This document shows positions 1-10,626 of a stretch of DNA of 34,283 nucleotides, one piece after another. The translations under genes were made by a program, and so were the position numbers. How positions within the stretch are numbered: the first letter of the stretch is position 1; every line of letters starts with the position of its first letter. The notes below the pieces were generated by a model. That model did not search any database. It was given only the letters and a program-made list of their open reading frames with translations, and was not told the origin of the DNA. The stretch is from Promethearchaeati archaeon (GTDB lineage Archaea; Asgardarchaeota; Heimdallarchaeia; Heimdallarchaeales; Heimdallarchaeaceae): positions 1 to 34,283 of the forward strand of contig JABLTJ010000034.1 of NCBI GenBank assembly GCA_013166775.1, read 5' to 3'.

Positions 1-390
1 TTCAGGATGATTATTTGGTAACAAATCTGTTTCGAGAGCAACGGTTGTCACAGCAATTATCCCATGTCCACACATAGTACTATATCCTTCATTATGAAGG
101 AATAAAACACCAAAATCGGAGTCTGGATTCTCTGGTGGAGTAATTATGCAACCATACATGTCTGCATGACCTCTTGGTTCCCACATTAATGCTGTTCGAA
201 GGAAGTCATAGTTTTCTTTCACATAGCGTCGCCGTTCAAGAATAGTAGTACCTTTTGTCTCTGGGAACCCATCAATCAGAATTCGTAGTGGTTCACCAGC
301 AGAATGAACCTCAATTGAAGTAATTTTTTGCCAATCTTCCGGAGGTTGCCAGATTTTTAGTGCCTTTTTTCTCCACTCTAAATTATCCAT
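1..390 (-). CDS. Proline racemase / hydroxyproline epimerase-dehydratase family protein, 5' part (runs off the window edge)
   Basis: Not in the ORF track. Manual translation from ATG 390, with a GGTGA RBS upstream, gives [37 protein letters not shown]...[13 protein letters not shown]...[22 protein letters not shown]. HxxGEP, EPRGH and MCGHG are family signatures. The second catalytic residue lies outside the window, so specificity is unknown. Confidence 0.92.
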   Translation of the reverse strand, partial: MDNLEWRKKALKIWQPPEDWQKITSIEVHSAGEPLRILIDGFPETKGTTILERRRYVKENYDFLRTALMWEPRGHADMYGCIITPPENPDSDFGVLFLHNEGYSTMCGHGIIAVTTVALETDLLPNNHPE

Positions 391-512
391 CTTGTTCACC
401 TGCAATTGGATAAATATCTGTTAGAACTAATTAAATTACCACTATAAAACGATGATGTTGTTAAAAATATCAAGAATTTATTCTAAGAGTAGTAATTTTT
501 AGCTAAAACTCA

Positions 513-1812
513 TTAGTGAGGTAATTCTTCAAAAATCACATCAAGGAATTGTTCAATCGTTCTTTTATCATACGAATCTTCACAAAATGCAATACTGAAA
601 GAGATTCTCTTGTTAAAGGAGCTTATTCCCATACTAAATGAAGGAGCCCAATTAATTGGTGTAATAATATAGCCATCAACTACATCAACATCTCCAAAAT
701 ATCTTTTCTGAGCATCTACTCTTCCAACATTAGTAATTATGGGATGCATTTTTCCTCGTTTGTATATTCTCCCATAGATACTGTTTGCTATCCATCTGAC
801 CCAAGCATATCGTAATTTGAAGAAGTTGTTTATCATATATGTCTGACCCATGCTTAAGTAAATATCCTTCTTCTTGATCATTTGCTTGTTAATATCTAAT
901 AACATCTCATCAAAAGTTGATTCTGGGTTGTATTTAAGAGAAACAAAAGTTGCTGAAACCAAGTTTGCAATAGTTTCTGCTTTCTTTGTTGGCATGAGAA
1001 CTCGCAGGTCTGTAGGTATTGCAATTGTCATAGGTTTATTTTCTACTGGCTTCTTTAACTCAAATAAGGATCTGAAAACAGCTGTGAGAAACATATCATT
1101 TAATGTTGCTTGTCTTTCTTTACCGCATGCCTTTATTCGGTCAAATCGATCTGGTTCGATTTTTCTTAAAGTAAAAGTTTTCTTTGTCCTACCAGTTCCA
1201 ATCGCTGGAAATGACCAAGTAGGTATATAACCTTTATCGCGAAGTAATGATCTCATTTTCTTTCTAAATTTATAATACTTGAAAACTTGATTTAATTCTC
1301 TAGTTGCAAGAATATTCGGTTCAACTTGATAATTTGGATCTTCAATCAGTTTGTTGTATGTATCACATAAGAGCGTTAAATAATCATAAAATCCCCCACC
1401 ATCCATCACACTATGGTCTGATTTGATGAAAAGAATATCATTCATTTTAGTTCGTATTATTTTAATTTGTATAATGGATTCTATACTTGGATCTATTTGA
1501 TAAAGAACAATTTTTCTAATATCAGCTTCAGGATTATCTGATTCAATTAATGTGAAATACTTGAGATTATCAAGGTCCTCTCTTCTCTCCCAATAAGTTC
1601 TCCGACGATTTATAACATACTTGCAACCAAGAACAGGTTTTGCATCCATTGTTAACCTAACTGTTTTCTTCATTCGCTCAGGGTCAATATACCCGTTTAA
1701 GTGAAAAATGAAATTAATTTGCTGGTCAGTTCCACTTCGAGCAAGCGATTTAGATTATCATTTGCAGACGCACGTATGCATTCAGGAACTTTCCCGACTC
1801 ATGAGTATACAT
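513..1812 (-). pseudogene. CoA-dependent acyltransferase (condensation-domain / alcohol acetyltransferase-like, HxxxDG). The 5' end is frameshifted; an intact 386-aa frame remains at 513..1673.
   Basis: Contains the DHSVMDGGG motif, plus ATLNDMFL, PTDLR and ITNVG segments typical of the fold. The true start is ATG 1812 (AGGAG RBS), homologous to 33714. Two 1-nt deletions relative to the right copy (near 1740 and near 1780) stop the original frame after 20 codons. Translation from ATG 1673 could still give a protein lacking 47 aa. Confidence 0.8.
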
Positions 1813-1919
1813 TGACTAATCTCCTGGGAATATAAAACTAGTATAATGCCAAAACTAGGTTTTCTAACGTTAGACTAGTTAAAAGAATTTATCAAATAAT
1901 AATTAAAAGGTAGCTCTAT
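1450..1919 (+). repeat. Left copy of ~470-bp imperfect direct repeat (acyltransferase promoter + 5' coding part)
   Basis: Aligns with 33350..33820 at an offset of ~31900. Hand count gives about 52 mismatches and 3 single-base gaps (~88% identity). Both copies end in aattaaaaggtagctctat. Confidence 0.97.
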
Positions 1920-2168
1920 GATTACTATTTTTTGGATTTTCAGAGCAAAAAACATACGATATATTATAAGAAAACCAAAAGAGCAGGTAAATAGTCATTA
2001 GTAAATGATAGAGAATTTACTGCAGAAATTAACTGCAAAAACAATAACCTCAAAAAAATGGATGAATTTAAATTAAAAAGTTTTTTATTTGAAATCGGAA
2101 TAACAAAATCAGATAATTTTAAATCTATAAAAGAATGGTCTATAAATGGGTGCAAAAATGAGAGATGA
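1920..2168 (+). pseudogene. C-terminal half of a split, decayed third GTPase
   Basis: Frame from 1920 reads DYYFLDFQSKKHTIYYKKTKRAGK*SLVNDREFTAEINCKNNNLKKMDEFKLKSFLFEIGITKSDNFKSIKEW..., with TAG at 1992 and TGA at 2166. YYFLD, NDREFTAEIN and ITKSD match MFMVD, QDRFLAAILN and LTKSD of the 11434..12303 GTPase. The G4 region shares 14 identical nt (taacaaaatcagat). Confidence 0.72.
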
Positions 2169-3288
2169 ATGTTTAGAACTGCAGAAACAAGCAGTGAAAT
2201 TGGAGAAAAAGAAATTAACCAAAGAACCATACGAGGTAATAGAAGTTTTTAGGAAATTAGGATTGTGTTACTTTGAACATAAGTATATGTCGTTAGGTTT
2301 TGAAAATTACGTTAAACTACTTCTTCTTATAACCAATCACAAGGAAAGAGAAAAAATAATCTATAATATGAATTTCACCGAGTTAACGGGAATCTTTCAG
2401 AAGATAATCGAGCATTTTGAAAATAATCACAAAGGGTTAAAGAGTACAGAAATAGATTCATTGATTGAATTAGTCCACATTATTTTAGAATATAATAAAG
2501 GGAATATTAAATACGAATTCCTTATCGCAGAGATACTTTATAATTTAACCGATAAAGCATTAGAAAATGGATTAATAGAAAAAGCAGTCTATCAAACAAC
2601 AATAGGAATAATAACCGAATTAGCAGAAGATGTCTTTCTAAGAGGGCAAAAAAGACTTGAGAAAACTGATTTTGTGATAGCACAAGAGTATTTCTCCATG
2701 ACAGCAATATTGTTTCAATTGATAACCGACCCGAAAATGGATTTAGCTTTCAAAGAATGCGCAAAAGCAAACCTCTTACAAGGAAAATATCTTGTTACAA
2801 AGAAAAAATACCTCAAGGGATTGGATGCCTTGATTGCTGCTGTAAAGATCTATCAAGTGATTGAATTATTCGAAGAAAGCGAAAATGGACTAATTATAAT
2901 AAAGAAAGCTTTTAGAGCTGGAATAAATTATTTCGAGGATAATTACAAGAAAGATGATCCTAGACTCAAGAAATTACTTCTCTTTGAGGAAGTATTCAAG
3001 GATTTAGAGAGATCACAGAAAAAAACTAAGCAACAAGGAAAATCTAAAGAGAATATTATAGTAGATAATTTTATGAGAATACCATATCCGAAAACAATGG
3101 AGTTGATAGATGAAAAAGCAACAAAAAATCAATTGGAAAAGGAACTATATACATTAGAACAATCATTAGAGAGTATTAATCATGCTTTTAGGGATGGTCT
3201 TATCAGTTCAGAAGATTATGCAAGATTATTACTTGGGTTAAATAGAAATATCTACAAAGTCAGATCTTTATTGGAGAAAAAAAAATAA
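2146..3288 (+). CDS. TPR/SNAP-like helical solenoid protein with C-terminal steadiness-box-like (Vps23/TSG101 core) hairpin
   Basis: TPR-like segments RKLGLCYFE...ENY and GKYLVTKKKYLKGLDALIAAVKIY. The C-terminal TLEQSLESINHAFRDGLISSEDYARLLLGLNRNIYKVRSLLEK follows the TSG101 SB pattern as recalled. Start may be 2146 or 2158. Confidence 0.62.
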   Translation: MGAKMRDECLELQKQAVKLEKKKLTKEPYEVIEVFRKLGLCYFEHKYMSLGFENYVKLLLLITNHKEREKIIYNMNFTELTGIFQKIIEHFENNHKGLKSTEIDSLIELVHIILEYNKGNIKYEFLIAEILYNLTDKALENGLIEKAVYQTTIGIITELAEDVFLRGQKRLEKTDFVIAQEYFSMTAILFQLITDPKMDLAFKECAKANLLQGKYLVTKKKYLKGLDALIAAVKIYQVIELFEESENGLIIIKKAFRAGINYFEDNYKKDDPRLKKLLLFEEVFKDLERSQKKTKQQGKSKENIIVDNFMRIPYPKTMELIDEKATKNQLEKELYTLEQSLESINHAFRDGLISSEDYARLLLGLNRNIYKVRSLLEKKK

Positions 3289-3311
3289 GTAATTAAAAAT
3301 GTGGAATTTAA

Positions 3312-3896
3312 ATGGTAATTAAATCAGAAAGACCTATACAAAAGGGAGAAATAGAAGCGTTATTAATGCAAATTGACAAATTCAGGAAAAACCATATAAC
3401 TTTCATTAAGAATCAAACAACTAATTTTTTGGAAAATATAAAGACTGATGAACATTCCATTAAGAAATTAATAGAGATTTTTTATGAGGATTATTTGAAA
3501 ATTTCTTTTATTGAACTCATCAATGATAAACCTATATCTATTTCTATAAGAAGAGCAATTAAAAAATTGGATGAACAATCAGAATTATTAAGAAATTACA
3601 TTAAGGATCAATATTTAGATACTAGTAATAAAAAAACTAGAAAATTACTGTATATTTTAAGTTTCAATGTTTATAACTTAAAAGAAGGAATTAAAGAATT
3701 AATAAGAATATCTGATATTTTTAATAAAATATTGAAGAAAATGCAAAAATTATTTCTTGAGAAAAAAGAATCTTTAGCAGGTGAGATTCAAACTTGGTTC
3801 TTTAATTTCAGTAGAGATGTAAGTGAAAGTAAGTTAATTAATCATCGAATTTTAGAAATTCAATATAAAATATTGAAAGAGAATCATAATATCTGA
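3312..3896 (+). CDS. Hypothetical all-helical protein, co-transcribed with 2146..3288
   Basis: 194-aa ORF starting 23 nt after the previous stop, with GTGGA upstream. It converges tightly on the stop of 3901..7224. No motif recognised. Confidence 0.75.
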   Translation: MVIKSERPIQKGEIEALLMQIDKFRKNHITFIKNQTTNFLENIKTDEHSIKKLIEIFYEDYLKISFIELINDKPISISIRRAIKKLDEQSELLRNYIKDQYLDTSNKKTRKLLYILSFNVYNLKEGIKELIRISDIFNKILKKMQKLFLEKKESLAGEIQTWFFNFSRDVSESKLINHRILEIQYKILKENHNI

Positions 3897-3900
3897 TGAA

Positions 3901-6900
3901 TCAAATAGAATCAAACAACTCATCTGATTTTTGAATATTGTTTCTTATAAAATTCCAATAGTATCTAGTAAGAATCTCATTTGAGATATTTTTCATAAAA
4001 TTGTATTGAGTTTCAAAAATATTGATTCCAGCGTTAACCATAGTTTCAAACATGTGATTGATATGTTCTGTTATGAAATAATTATTACCTGTTGAATCAG
4101 AAATAACAATCTTTTTCAATTCTTGTAATAAAGGAATAATTGTCATTAATGAAAATTCTTTTACTGAATTAGGCAAGTTTGAGTTACTAAAAGCAAATGG
4201 AAGAAATGGTTGATTGTTTTTAAGACATTTCTTATATTCTACCTGTTTTGATTTTAGGAATATAATTAATTTCTTTCTAACTAATTCTAAGCTAATATGC
4301 TCTATCTTTCTAGTTTTTGTATCAATAAATATCGGAATAGTTTTCAAATGCTTATTAATGCGCTCATTATCGCTTCTGTTTTCAATTTCATCATTATAGT
4401 AACTATGATAGCTAACAATAAATTCTACTTCAGTAGCTTTTGTTATTTTTTTATTAGTACTAATTGTGAAACGTCTATCAAATGTTGGTTTTTCTAGAAA
4501 ATCTAACCGATCCAAAGAAGTATCTTTAGGATAAATAATTAAATCATTTATATCTGGACTATTGAAATAAAATATCGGATTTTTTAGATAACCTGCTTCA
4601 ACTTTAATGTGGACTTCGATGTTAATTTTATCGTTTACATCTCTTATTGTCGGATAAGGTTCTTGTATGCTACACATAGAAATAATCTTAGGTTCTGATA
4701 AGTCAAGTTCGAACTCGATTATCTTTGTATCAGATTGTTTTCCATGTATAAATGAAACTTGTATTGAAGCCTTCTCTCCAAATTTTTCAGATATAGGAAC
4801 TAACTTGAAATTTTGTTCAATAACTGTTCGATTACTTAGATTGCACTGTTTAAGGTCATCAAGTACTTTCAAATTATTAGTTAATGGTTTGATATATGGT
4901 TTAATTCCTTTAATCTCAACATCATTTTTTCCTATCGTCACACTGACAAGAAATGGTATGCCGAGTTGTGGTTTGTCACCTTTAACTGCTTCATTCTTAA
5001 CTAATTCAATATTATTTATATGGAAAATGGGAATTTTATCCTTTATTTCAACCTCTATTTCTTTTTCAACAAAAACTCCATCAGTTGTCTTTATTATTAA
5101 TGGACCAATTTTACTTTTGCCAATCTTCTTTGGTGTAAAAGATAGATAATCAGTAATTTCTTGTTTCCCGGGTGAGATTTCTCTATTTAGTAACGTTTTA
5201 AAACCAGGTTCATTCGGTACAATATTCTGATCAAGTTTCAGAGTACATTCAATTATAGTTATTTTTCTTACTGGTTTAATATTAATTTGATAATGATAGA
5301 TAAGATCTTTTTCTAAACAGCTATCTTGAACAACTAATGGTCCGCGACTTTGATTAACAATTACTGGAGTAGCAAGTTGTAATAGTGTTGAACATTCAAA
5401 ATCAGGTATTATTAGTTCAGATTTCTTATCGATTTTCTTCTCATCAACAATGATAGAATAGATTAGTGGTAATTTGATATCAAGATTAATAGCAGCAGAT
5501 GTTTCTAGCCATAAATTATATCTAATTGTACTCTTAGGTTTCAATATGTCAATAAGATTCTCCTCTTTACAACCAAGATAAATATCTATGGTATTTTCCT
5601 TCAAAATGGATTCAATTTTATCAAAGTCAAATCTAATATCATAAATATTTGAAGTAGATGGATTGTGTAAATCAAAAGAAAGCCTGAGAGGATAATTAAC
5701 AACTAGGTTTTTACCGAAATCTTTTGAATTGATTATTTTCTCTTTTATAATCTTTAAAAATATCTGATCAAGATTAACCTTTTCTAACTGAATTGCTTTC
5801 TTTTTTTGCAGATCAATGTGGTGTTTTCGTTCAATACTTTTAGTAAAAGCATCATATTTAACACGTAATTTTTCTAGGTTCTTCTTTGTATTCTCTCTCA
5901 TATCAGTACGAGGAATAATTAAATCAATAATATCAATAGAATCCATAATGACTTCTAAATTGATTTGTTCAGCTTCAAATTCATCTTCATAAAAATAGAA
6001 ACAATCCAAAGCGTGAGTAAAGAATAGGTCAATATCATTCATTGTTTTGTTTGCTGAAACAATATATATACTAAGAGTATCATCATCAATAATTTCATAA
6101 TTGGTCTGTACATAAAATGGATAAATCATTATAGATGAGACTTCATCACTGAGAAAATCATCAGTTTCTTGTTGAAAAATAACGATAATGAAAGTTATTC
6201 CAAGTTTATTATATTGATGCGAGAGAATATCAATAGGTTTAAGTTTAAATGAATCATCTACTTGAATTTCTTCTAAAGAGATTAATTCCACATCTTCATC
6301 TGTTAAAAGATTCTTTAAAAGCGAGATTTTACCGATATTCTCAAAATCTCCGATAACTAACGGAGTTGGTTCTTTATTTGTTGATTCATGATGAGTAATA
6401 CTATCCAAAAAATCTTGATTGATTTCCAATTCTTCTTTTGTGAGAGTTTGACCATCATATTTGAAATAAAATACACCATGTAAAGTTTTACTGATTAGAT
6501 GAGCTGTTTTTTTAGAAGCATCAGGTATATAGCAATAGGTTTCTATTATGAAGGAATTCGTTGATACGAGGTCACATTTTAAATTTGATTTGCCATTTTT
6601 GACTTCTAAAATACATACACTCTCGTCACTACATAACAAAATCTCAAAATTATTTTCATCAACTAATGTAATCAGATAACCATCTTCAAGATTTGAGGGA
6701 ATATCTGTACCTATAACCTTTGAAGAATCATAAAGAAGCTTAATCTGATAATTACTTACTGAATCCTTAACAATTTTAAAAATACTAGCTTTATCTCCTA
6801 TTATCAAAGCATATGTTTCCTGGTTGAAATAATAGGTTTTCAATTTGATAGCAAAACTAACAGCATTTGAGTTAATCCGTTCTAGTAATTCAAGCTTCTT

Positions 6901-7224
6901 TCCTACATTATCATATTCATAAAGGGTAATATTGTTATGTTCATCAATAGTTAATAATTCTTCTTGAACGAGTTCTGATAAACGAATGCCAGAAAAAGCT
7001 AGTATTTTATTCTGAAAAGTTCCTAAGATATTTTTTTCAAAACCTTCATTGGATAAGTGGAAAAAACCAATTTCATAATTAGGCCCATCATCATCCTGAA
7101 TGTAAACTAATTCAGGAATAACTCCTCCGCCCTCTAAATCAATTAGATTGAATATCGCTTTACTAAAAGGCAACTCAGATTTTGTTTCTTCCCAATTGAA
7201 TTTCTTTAATATCGTTTTGATCAT
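3901..7224 (-). CDS. Large cytoplasmic protein: N-terminal beta-propeller (degenerate FG-GAP-like), coiled coil, several Ig-like beta-sandwiches, helical C-terminus
   Basis: No signal peptide or TM. Aa ~1-370 are beta-rich with IDLEGGGVIPELVY and LVIGDFENIGKISLL. A coil spans ~440-490. Ig-type patterns follow: VNYPLRLSFDLHNPS...LKPKSTIRYNLWL, SFTPKKIGKSKIGPLII, LGIPFLVSVTI. Confidence 0.55.
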   Translation of the reverse strand: MIKTILKKFNWEETKSELPFSKAIFNLIDLEGGGVIPELVYIQDDDGPNYEIGFFHLSNEGFEKNILGTFQNKILAFSGIRLSELVQEELLTIDEHNNITLYEYDNVGKKLELLERINSNAVSFAIKLKTYYFNQETYALIIGDKASIFKIVKDSVSNYQIKLLYDSSKVIGTDIPSNLEDGYLITLVDENNFEILLCSDESVCILEVKNGKSNLKCDLVSTNSFIIETYCYIPDASKKTAHLISKTLHGVFYFKYDGQTLTKEELEINQDFLDSITHHESTNKEPTPLVIGDFENIGKISLLKNLLTDEDVELISLEEIQVDDSFKLKPIDILSHQYNKLGITFIIVIFQQETDDFLSDEVSSIMIYPFYVQTNYEIIDDDTLSIYIVSANKTMNDIDLFFTHALDCFYFYEDEFEAEQINLEVIMDSIDIIDLIIPRTDMRENTKKNLEKLRVKYDAFTKSIERKHHIDLQKKKAIQLEKVNLDQIFLKIIKEKIINSKDFGKNLVVNYPLRLSFDLHNPSTSNIYDIRFDFDKIESILKENTIDIYLGCKEENLIDILKPKSTIRYNLWLETSAAINLDIKLPLIYSIIVDEKKIDKKSELIIPDFECSTLLQLATPVIVNQSRGPLVVQDSCLEKDLIYHYQINIKPVRKITIIECTLKLDQNIVPNEPGFKTLLNREISPGKQEITDYLSFTPKKIGKSKIGPLIIKTTDGVFVEKEIEVEIKDKIPIFHINNIELVKNEAVKGDKPQLGIPFLVSVTIGKNDVEIKGIKPYIKPLTNNLKVLDDLKQCNLSNRTVIEQNFKLVPISEKFGEKASIQVSFIHGKQSDTKIIEFELDLSEPKIISMCSIQEPYPTIRDVNDKINIEVHIKVEAGYLKNPIFYFNSPDINDLIIYPKDTSLDRLDFLEKPTFDRRFTISTNKKITKATEVEFIVSYHSYYNDEIENRSDNERINKHLKTIPIFIDTKTRKIEHISLELVRKKLIIFLKSKQVEYKKCLKNNQPFLPFAFSNSNLPNSVKEFSLMTIIPLLQELKKIVISDSTGNNYFITEHINHMFETMVNAGINIFETQYNFMKNISNEILTRYYWNFIRNNIQKSDELFDSI

Positions 7225-7242
7225 TAGAGAACGTTCCTAAAT

Positions 7243-10200
7243 TTAATTCGTAGCATAATTACCTCTTAATAATTTTATATCAAACTTTTTCAAGTACTTC
7301 GAAACATGTCTTTCAATATCAGCTGCAATTTTTTTGGAATTTGGATCTACTTTATCACTTTTTAATATACTAATTAATTGATTTTGTAATTTGCTAGAAA
7401 TCTCATAGCTAATATTCTGTGGACATTTTTTAGTACTTATAATTGTAAAAATACGTTTCATATACAATAAATATCCTTCTCTAGTAATTTTCTTATCACC
7501 ACGTAATAAACGGATGTTATTGCTTAGAACTTCAATAAAATTATAATCATCGAAGTCACTCCTCATGGCATTTTTTAGGTATGAATCTAATACTTCTTCA
7601 TAAAATGATATATTCAAATGCTTAATGTCAATATCACCTAACTTCAAAATAGTATTATAGAACACTTTGCTTATCATCGGATTATTCTTGTTAGCTTTAC
7701 CAAGTAATTTGAGTATATCATCTTTATAGACCATAAGAAAGTTCTTTCTGTTAATGCTAGTAACTAAATTATTGTATATTCCAATAATGTTTGAAGAATC
7801 TGCAATTAGATCTACTTTGATATTTGAATGCAAATCGAATAATGAGAATATTAACTCTCTTCTTTTCTTAAGTAATGTACTATACTTTTGTCCTTCACTA
7901 TGAAGAAGGTTTAAGGTTTTTGTAATAACAATATTTAGAATTTCAGATTTGCTTTTGTTACTATATAGATTTGCCAATTTCTTGTTATATTCCATAAGAA
8001 AATCAGTAACCGCATGCACAAAAGAAACATCTTTTATTATTTCTGAATATTTACTTTCAGCTATTAATCTAAATAAACTAAAATAGAGTGTCAAATAATT
8101 AGTTAATGCAGAATCGTTTAGCTTTTTAACATTGGCTATTTTTTCAATGAATGCACAATAGATTTTAGTTTCTTTAGAAATAATACTTAATTGTTTAATC
8201 ATGTTTTCTTTGTATAATTGAGTATATTTACTGTCAAGTTCTTTATCGAGATAGGTCCAGAATATGTCAGTATTAATCTGATTAAATAATACTATTCCTT
8301 TATTGTCCAAGTTGTTTTCAAGAGATCTAAAGAGAGTATAAATTCTAAATTTAGTGCAATTCTTTTTCTCAAGCAATGTTTTATAATCAGCTAAAATTGC
8401 ATAATTTTTCTTAGAATTGTGATAGAATAGTAATAATAATTTCACCCAATCATTAGTTTTCAACCATTCAATTGTAGATTGCTTTGATTCTTGAGTAAAA
8501 CTAGTTATTATTTCAGACCACGCTTCAAGAAGATAAACAGGATTATCCTCTTGTTTTACATAATCACTTACTTCTTCAAAGAATGTTTGTTTTCTACCCT
8601 GCCTTATTGGTAGACCAATCAAAGTAATTTTAGCTTTATTGATAATCATTTCATAAACTTCCGATTTTGGTGTAATTTGCAATATAGGATTAATTAAATC
8701 CAAATTAGCTGATTTCCGAGCAGCATTAAGTAATGAATCAAGAAGAATAATCAAATCTTTATCAACTAGAGAAACAATTTTTGGATTGTTAGTATATTTT
8801 GCATGAATATTATTTAATAGCTCTCCATAAAACATTCTTAATTCTTCATTTTGATTTGCAAAAATGGTTTTACTTCGAGTCAAAGTTAGTTCAATATTAC
8901 TAATATCCAAATGGCTAATGATGAAATTCTTATGATTATTTATTTTCGCTAGTTTGTTGTAATATTTTAAGCTACTTGATAATGCTATGAAATAAAGATT
9001 CATTGCTTCATACTTTACTGTTGTTAAATTAGCAAGGGAGAATAATAAATTAATAACTTTTGGCAGTTGATTTGGAGATTTTTGTGCAAGAGGATAAAGT
9101 GTCTCTTTGACAAATACTGTAATATCTGTTTTAATTCTTGTAGAATAATTACTTTCTTCAATTTTGTTAAACAATAATTCTAATTCATCTTGTCGACCAT
9201 CAACTCCAGAATAAACATATGCAAAGAAAATTCTAAATAACTCATGAGTTAATTTTTCTAGTTTTTCATTTTCCGCATGTAAATTATGAGCATTTGATAG
9301 AGATTCTGCGATAATGTCTAATTGCTTATCTTGAATTTCAGCACTCTCTAATGCAATACCAAATGGAGCTTTGAGTAAAAAGTCGAAATAAATAGGCAAT
9401 TGGTTTATAAAATGATGACCATCATAATTAAGTGCTCCAGTTACTGTTTTATTATATGAAGAATTGTACCACTTAATTTCATCATCAAACTTATTTGAAA
9501 TAATAATTGCTTGGTAGTTTTCTAATTCCTCAAATAACCTGGAGTAGTATTCTAAACTTGGGGTAGTTTCAACGAGTACAAGTAATTTTTCTATGATTTG
9601 TCTACTTTCAAGTGATTTAGCAATATCAGATACTTTAACTCTAAATCGGTCTTTTGGTAACGTTTTGCGAAATTTAAGAATAACCTTATCTAAGGAAGTA
9701 TTTAATGAAAGGAGATCTTCAAGAGAATTACTCTCTAAATATTCAATAATAGAATTAGCTAGATAATTATCTAAGGTTATATCTTCCTCTCCGACGATTT
9801 TATTGCCATTTGAATCTAAAATAATTGTATTAGGCATTATTTTTGCTGATTTTACACAAGAACGAGGTGTAAAAATTAAGTTAAAATCTGGTTTTGATAA
9901 TGTATTATAAGGGTTTGTTTGTAAGAAAGGATCATAAAAGAAAGTAGCTAAACGAATTAAACAACGAACAGATTTAGGAATTATTTTGTAAAGTGTTTGT
10001 AATTCAGTGAGAGGTTGAGTATCTTTATACAAAACAATAATCGTTTTACCTGATAAAACTCCAGTTATTATCTTCTGAATAAGAATTAAAGAGAATTTCT
10101 GTTTTAAATACTGTATTGCGGTTTGTTCTACTATAGCTTTAGTTTTCAATGAAGCTAAAACAAAATTAGTAAAATCAGCATCAGCGAAATCATTACGGGT

Positions 10201-10569
10201 AAACACTTCAGCAGCATTTAAGAGCAAAGGATCAAAGCCAATGGCTTCAAATTCACTATCAGAGAGAATGATTGTATGGGTTTGAGTACGTCCAGGGCGT
10301 CCATCATAATTTCTACCAGCATCCATTAAACGACCAATTGCTACTCTACTCTCATCCAATTGATAACAATAAATAGTATCAGTTACCTCAATACGACAAA
10401 GTACATTCCGATAGGGGTTAACTCCGAAAGAATAATAAAGAATTTTCAATTTATCCTGATTACTTATTCCAGATGGTGATAAACTTGTTATTTGTTGGCC
10501 TGCTTTTGATTGAGTTTTTGCTGAAGTGTATAGCAAATGAGGCACTTTAAAATTACTCTTTTCAGACAT
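7243..10569 (-). CDS. GAP1-N2 / DENN-like N-terminal region followed by a long alpha-solenoid; putative GTPase regulator
   Basis: N-terminal LLYTS...GQQITSLSPSG...GRNYDGRPGRTQTHTIIL matches the GAP1-N2 pattern (YTS..G.Q...SPG...G.D..GR.G....H). IQKIITGVLSGKTIIVL...LYKIIP...NLIFTP...IILDSNGNKI resembles a central DENN domain. The rest is helical. The gene lies directly downstream of two GTPases. Confidence 0.68.
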   Translation of the reverse strand: MSEKSNFKVPHLLYTSAKTQSKAGQQITSLSPSGISNQDKLKILYYSFGVNPYRNVLCRIEVTDTIYCYQLDESRVAIGRLMDAGRNYDGRPGRTQTHTIILSDSEFEAIGFDPLLLNAAEVFTRNDFADADFTNFVLASLKTKAIVEQTAIQYLKQKFSLILIQKIITGVLSGKTIIVLYKDTQPLTELQTLYKIIPKSVRCLIRLATFFYDPFLQTNPYNTLSKPDFNLIFTPRSCVKSAKIMPNTIILDSNGNKIVGEEDITLDNYLANSIIEYLESNSLEDLLSLNTSLDKVILKFRKTLPKDRFRVKVSDIAKSLESRQIIEKLLVLVETTPSLEYYSRLFEELENYQAIIISNKFDDEIKWYNSSYNKTVTGALNYDGHHFINQLPIYFDFLLKAPFGIALESAEIQDKQLDIIAESLSNAHNLHAENEKLEKLTHELFRIFFAYVYSGVDGRQDELELLFNKIEESNYSTRIKTDITVFVKETLYPLAQKSPNQLPKVINLLFSLANLTTVKYEAMNLYFIALSSSLKYYNKLAKINNHKNFIISHLDISNIELTLTRSKTIFANQNEELRMFYGELLNNIHAKYTNNPKIVSLVDKDLIILLDSLLNAARKSANLDLINPILQITPKSEVYEMIINKAKITLIGLPIRQGRKQTFFEEVSDYVKQEDNPVYLLEAWSEIITSFTQESKQSTIEWLKTNDWVKLLLLFYHNSKKNYAILADYKTLLEKKNCTKFRIYTLFRSLENNLDNKGIVLFNQINTDIFWTYLDKELDSKYTQLYKENMIKQLSIISKETKIYCAFIEKIANVKKLNDSALTNYLTLYFSLFRLIAESKYSEIIKDVSFVHAVTDFLMEYNKKLANLYSNKSKSEILNIVITKTLNLLHSEGQKYSTLLKKRRELIFSLFDLHSNIKVDLIADSSNIIGIYNNLVTSINRKNFLMVYKDDILKLLGKANKNNPMISKVFYNTILKLGDIDIKHLNISFYEEVLDSYLKNAMRSDFDDYNFIEVLSNNIRLLRGDKKITREGYLLYMKRIFTIISTKKCPQNISYEISSKLQNQLISILKSDKVDPNSKKIAADIERHVSKYLKKFDIKLLRGNYATN

Positions 10570-10626
10570 TTGTTTCCCTCATAACTATTTTCCGTTTATA
10601 GTTTATTTTAATTACCTATGATATAC

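Noticed and set aside
2284-2301. YMSLGF in the 380-aa ORF as the missing G5 (SLG) of the split GTPase
   Set aside because: It is in a different frame, too far from G4, and fits a TPR helix pattern.
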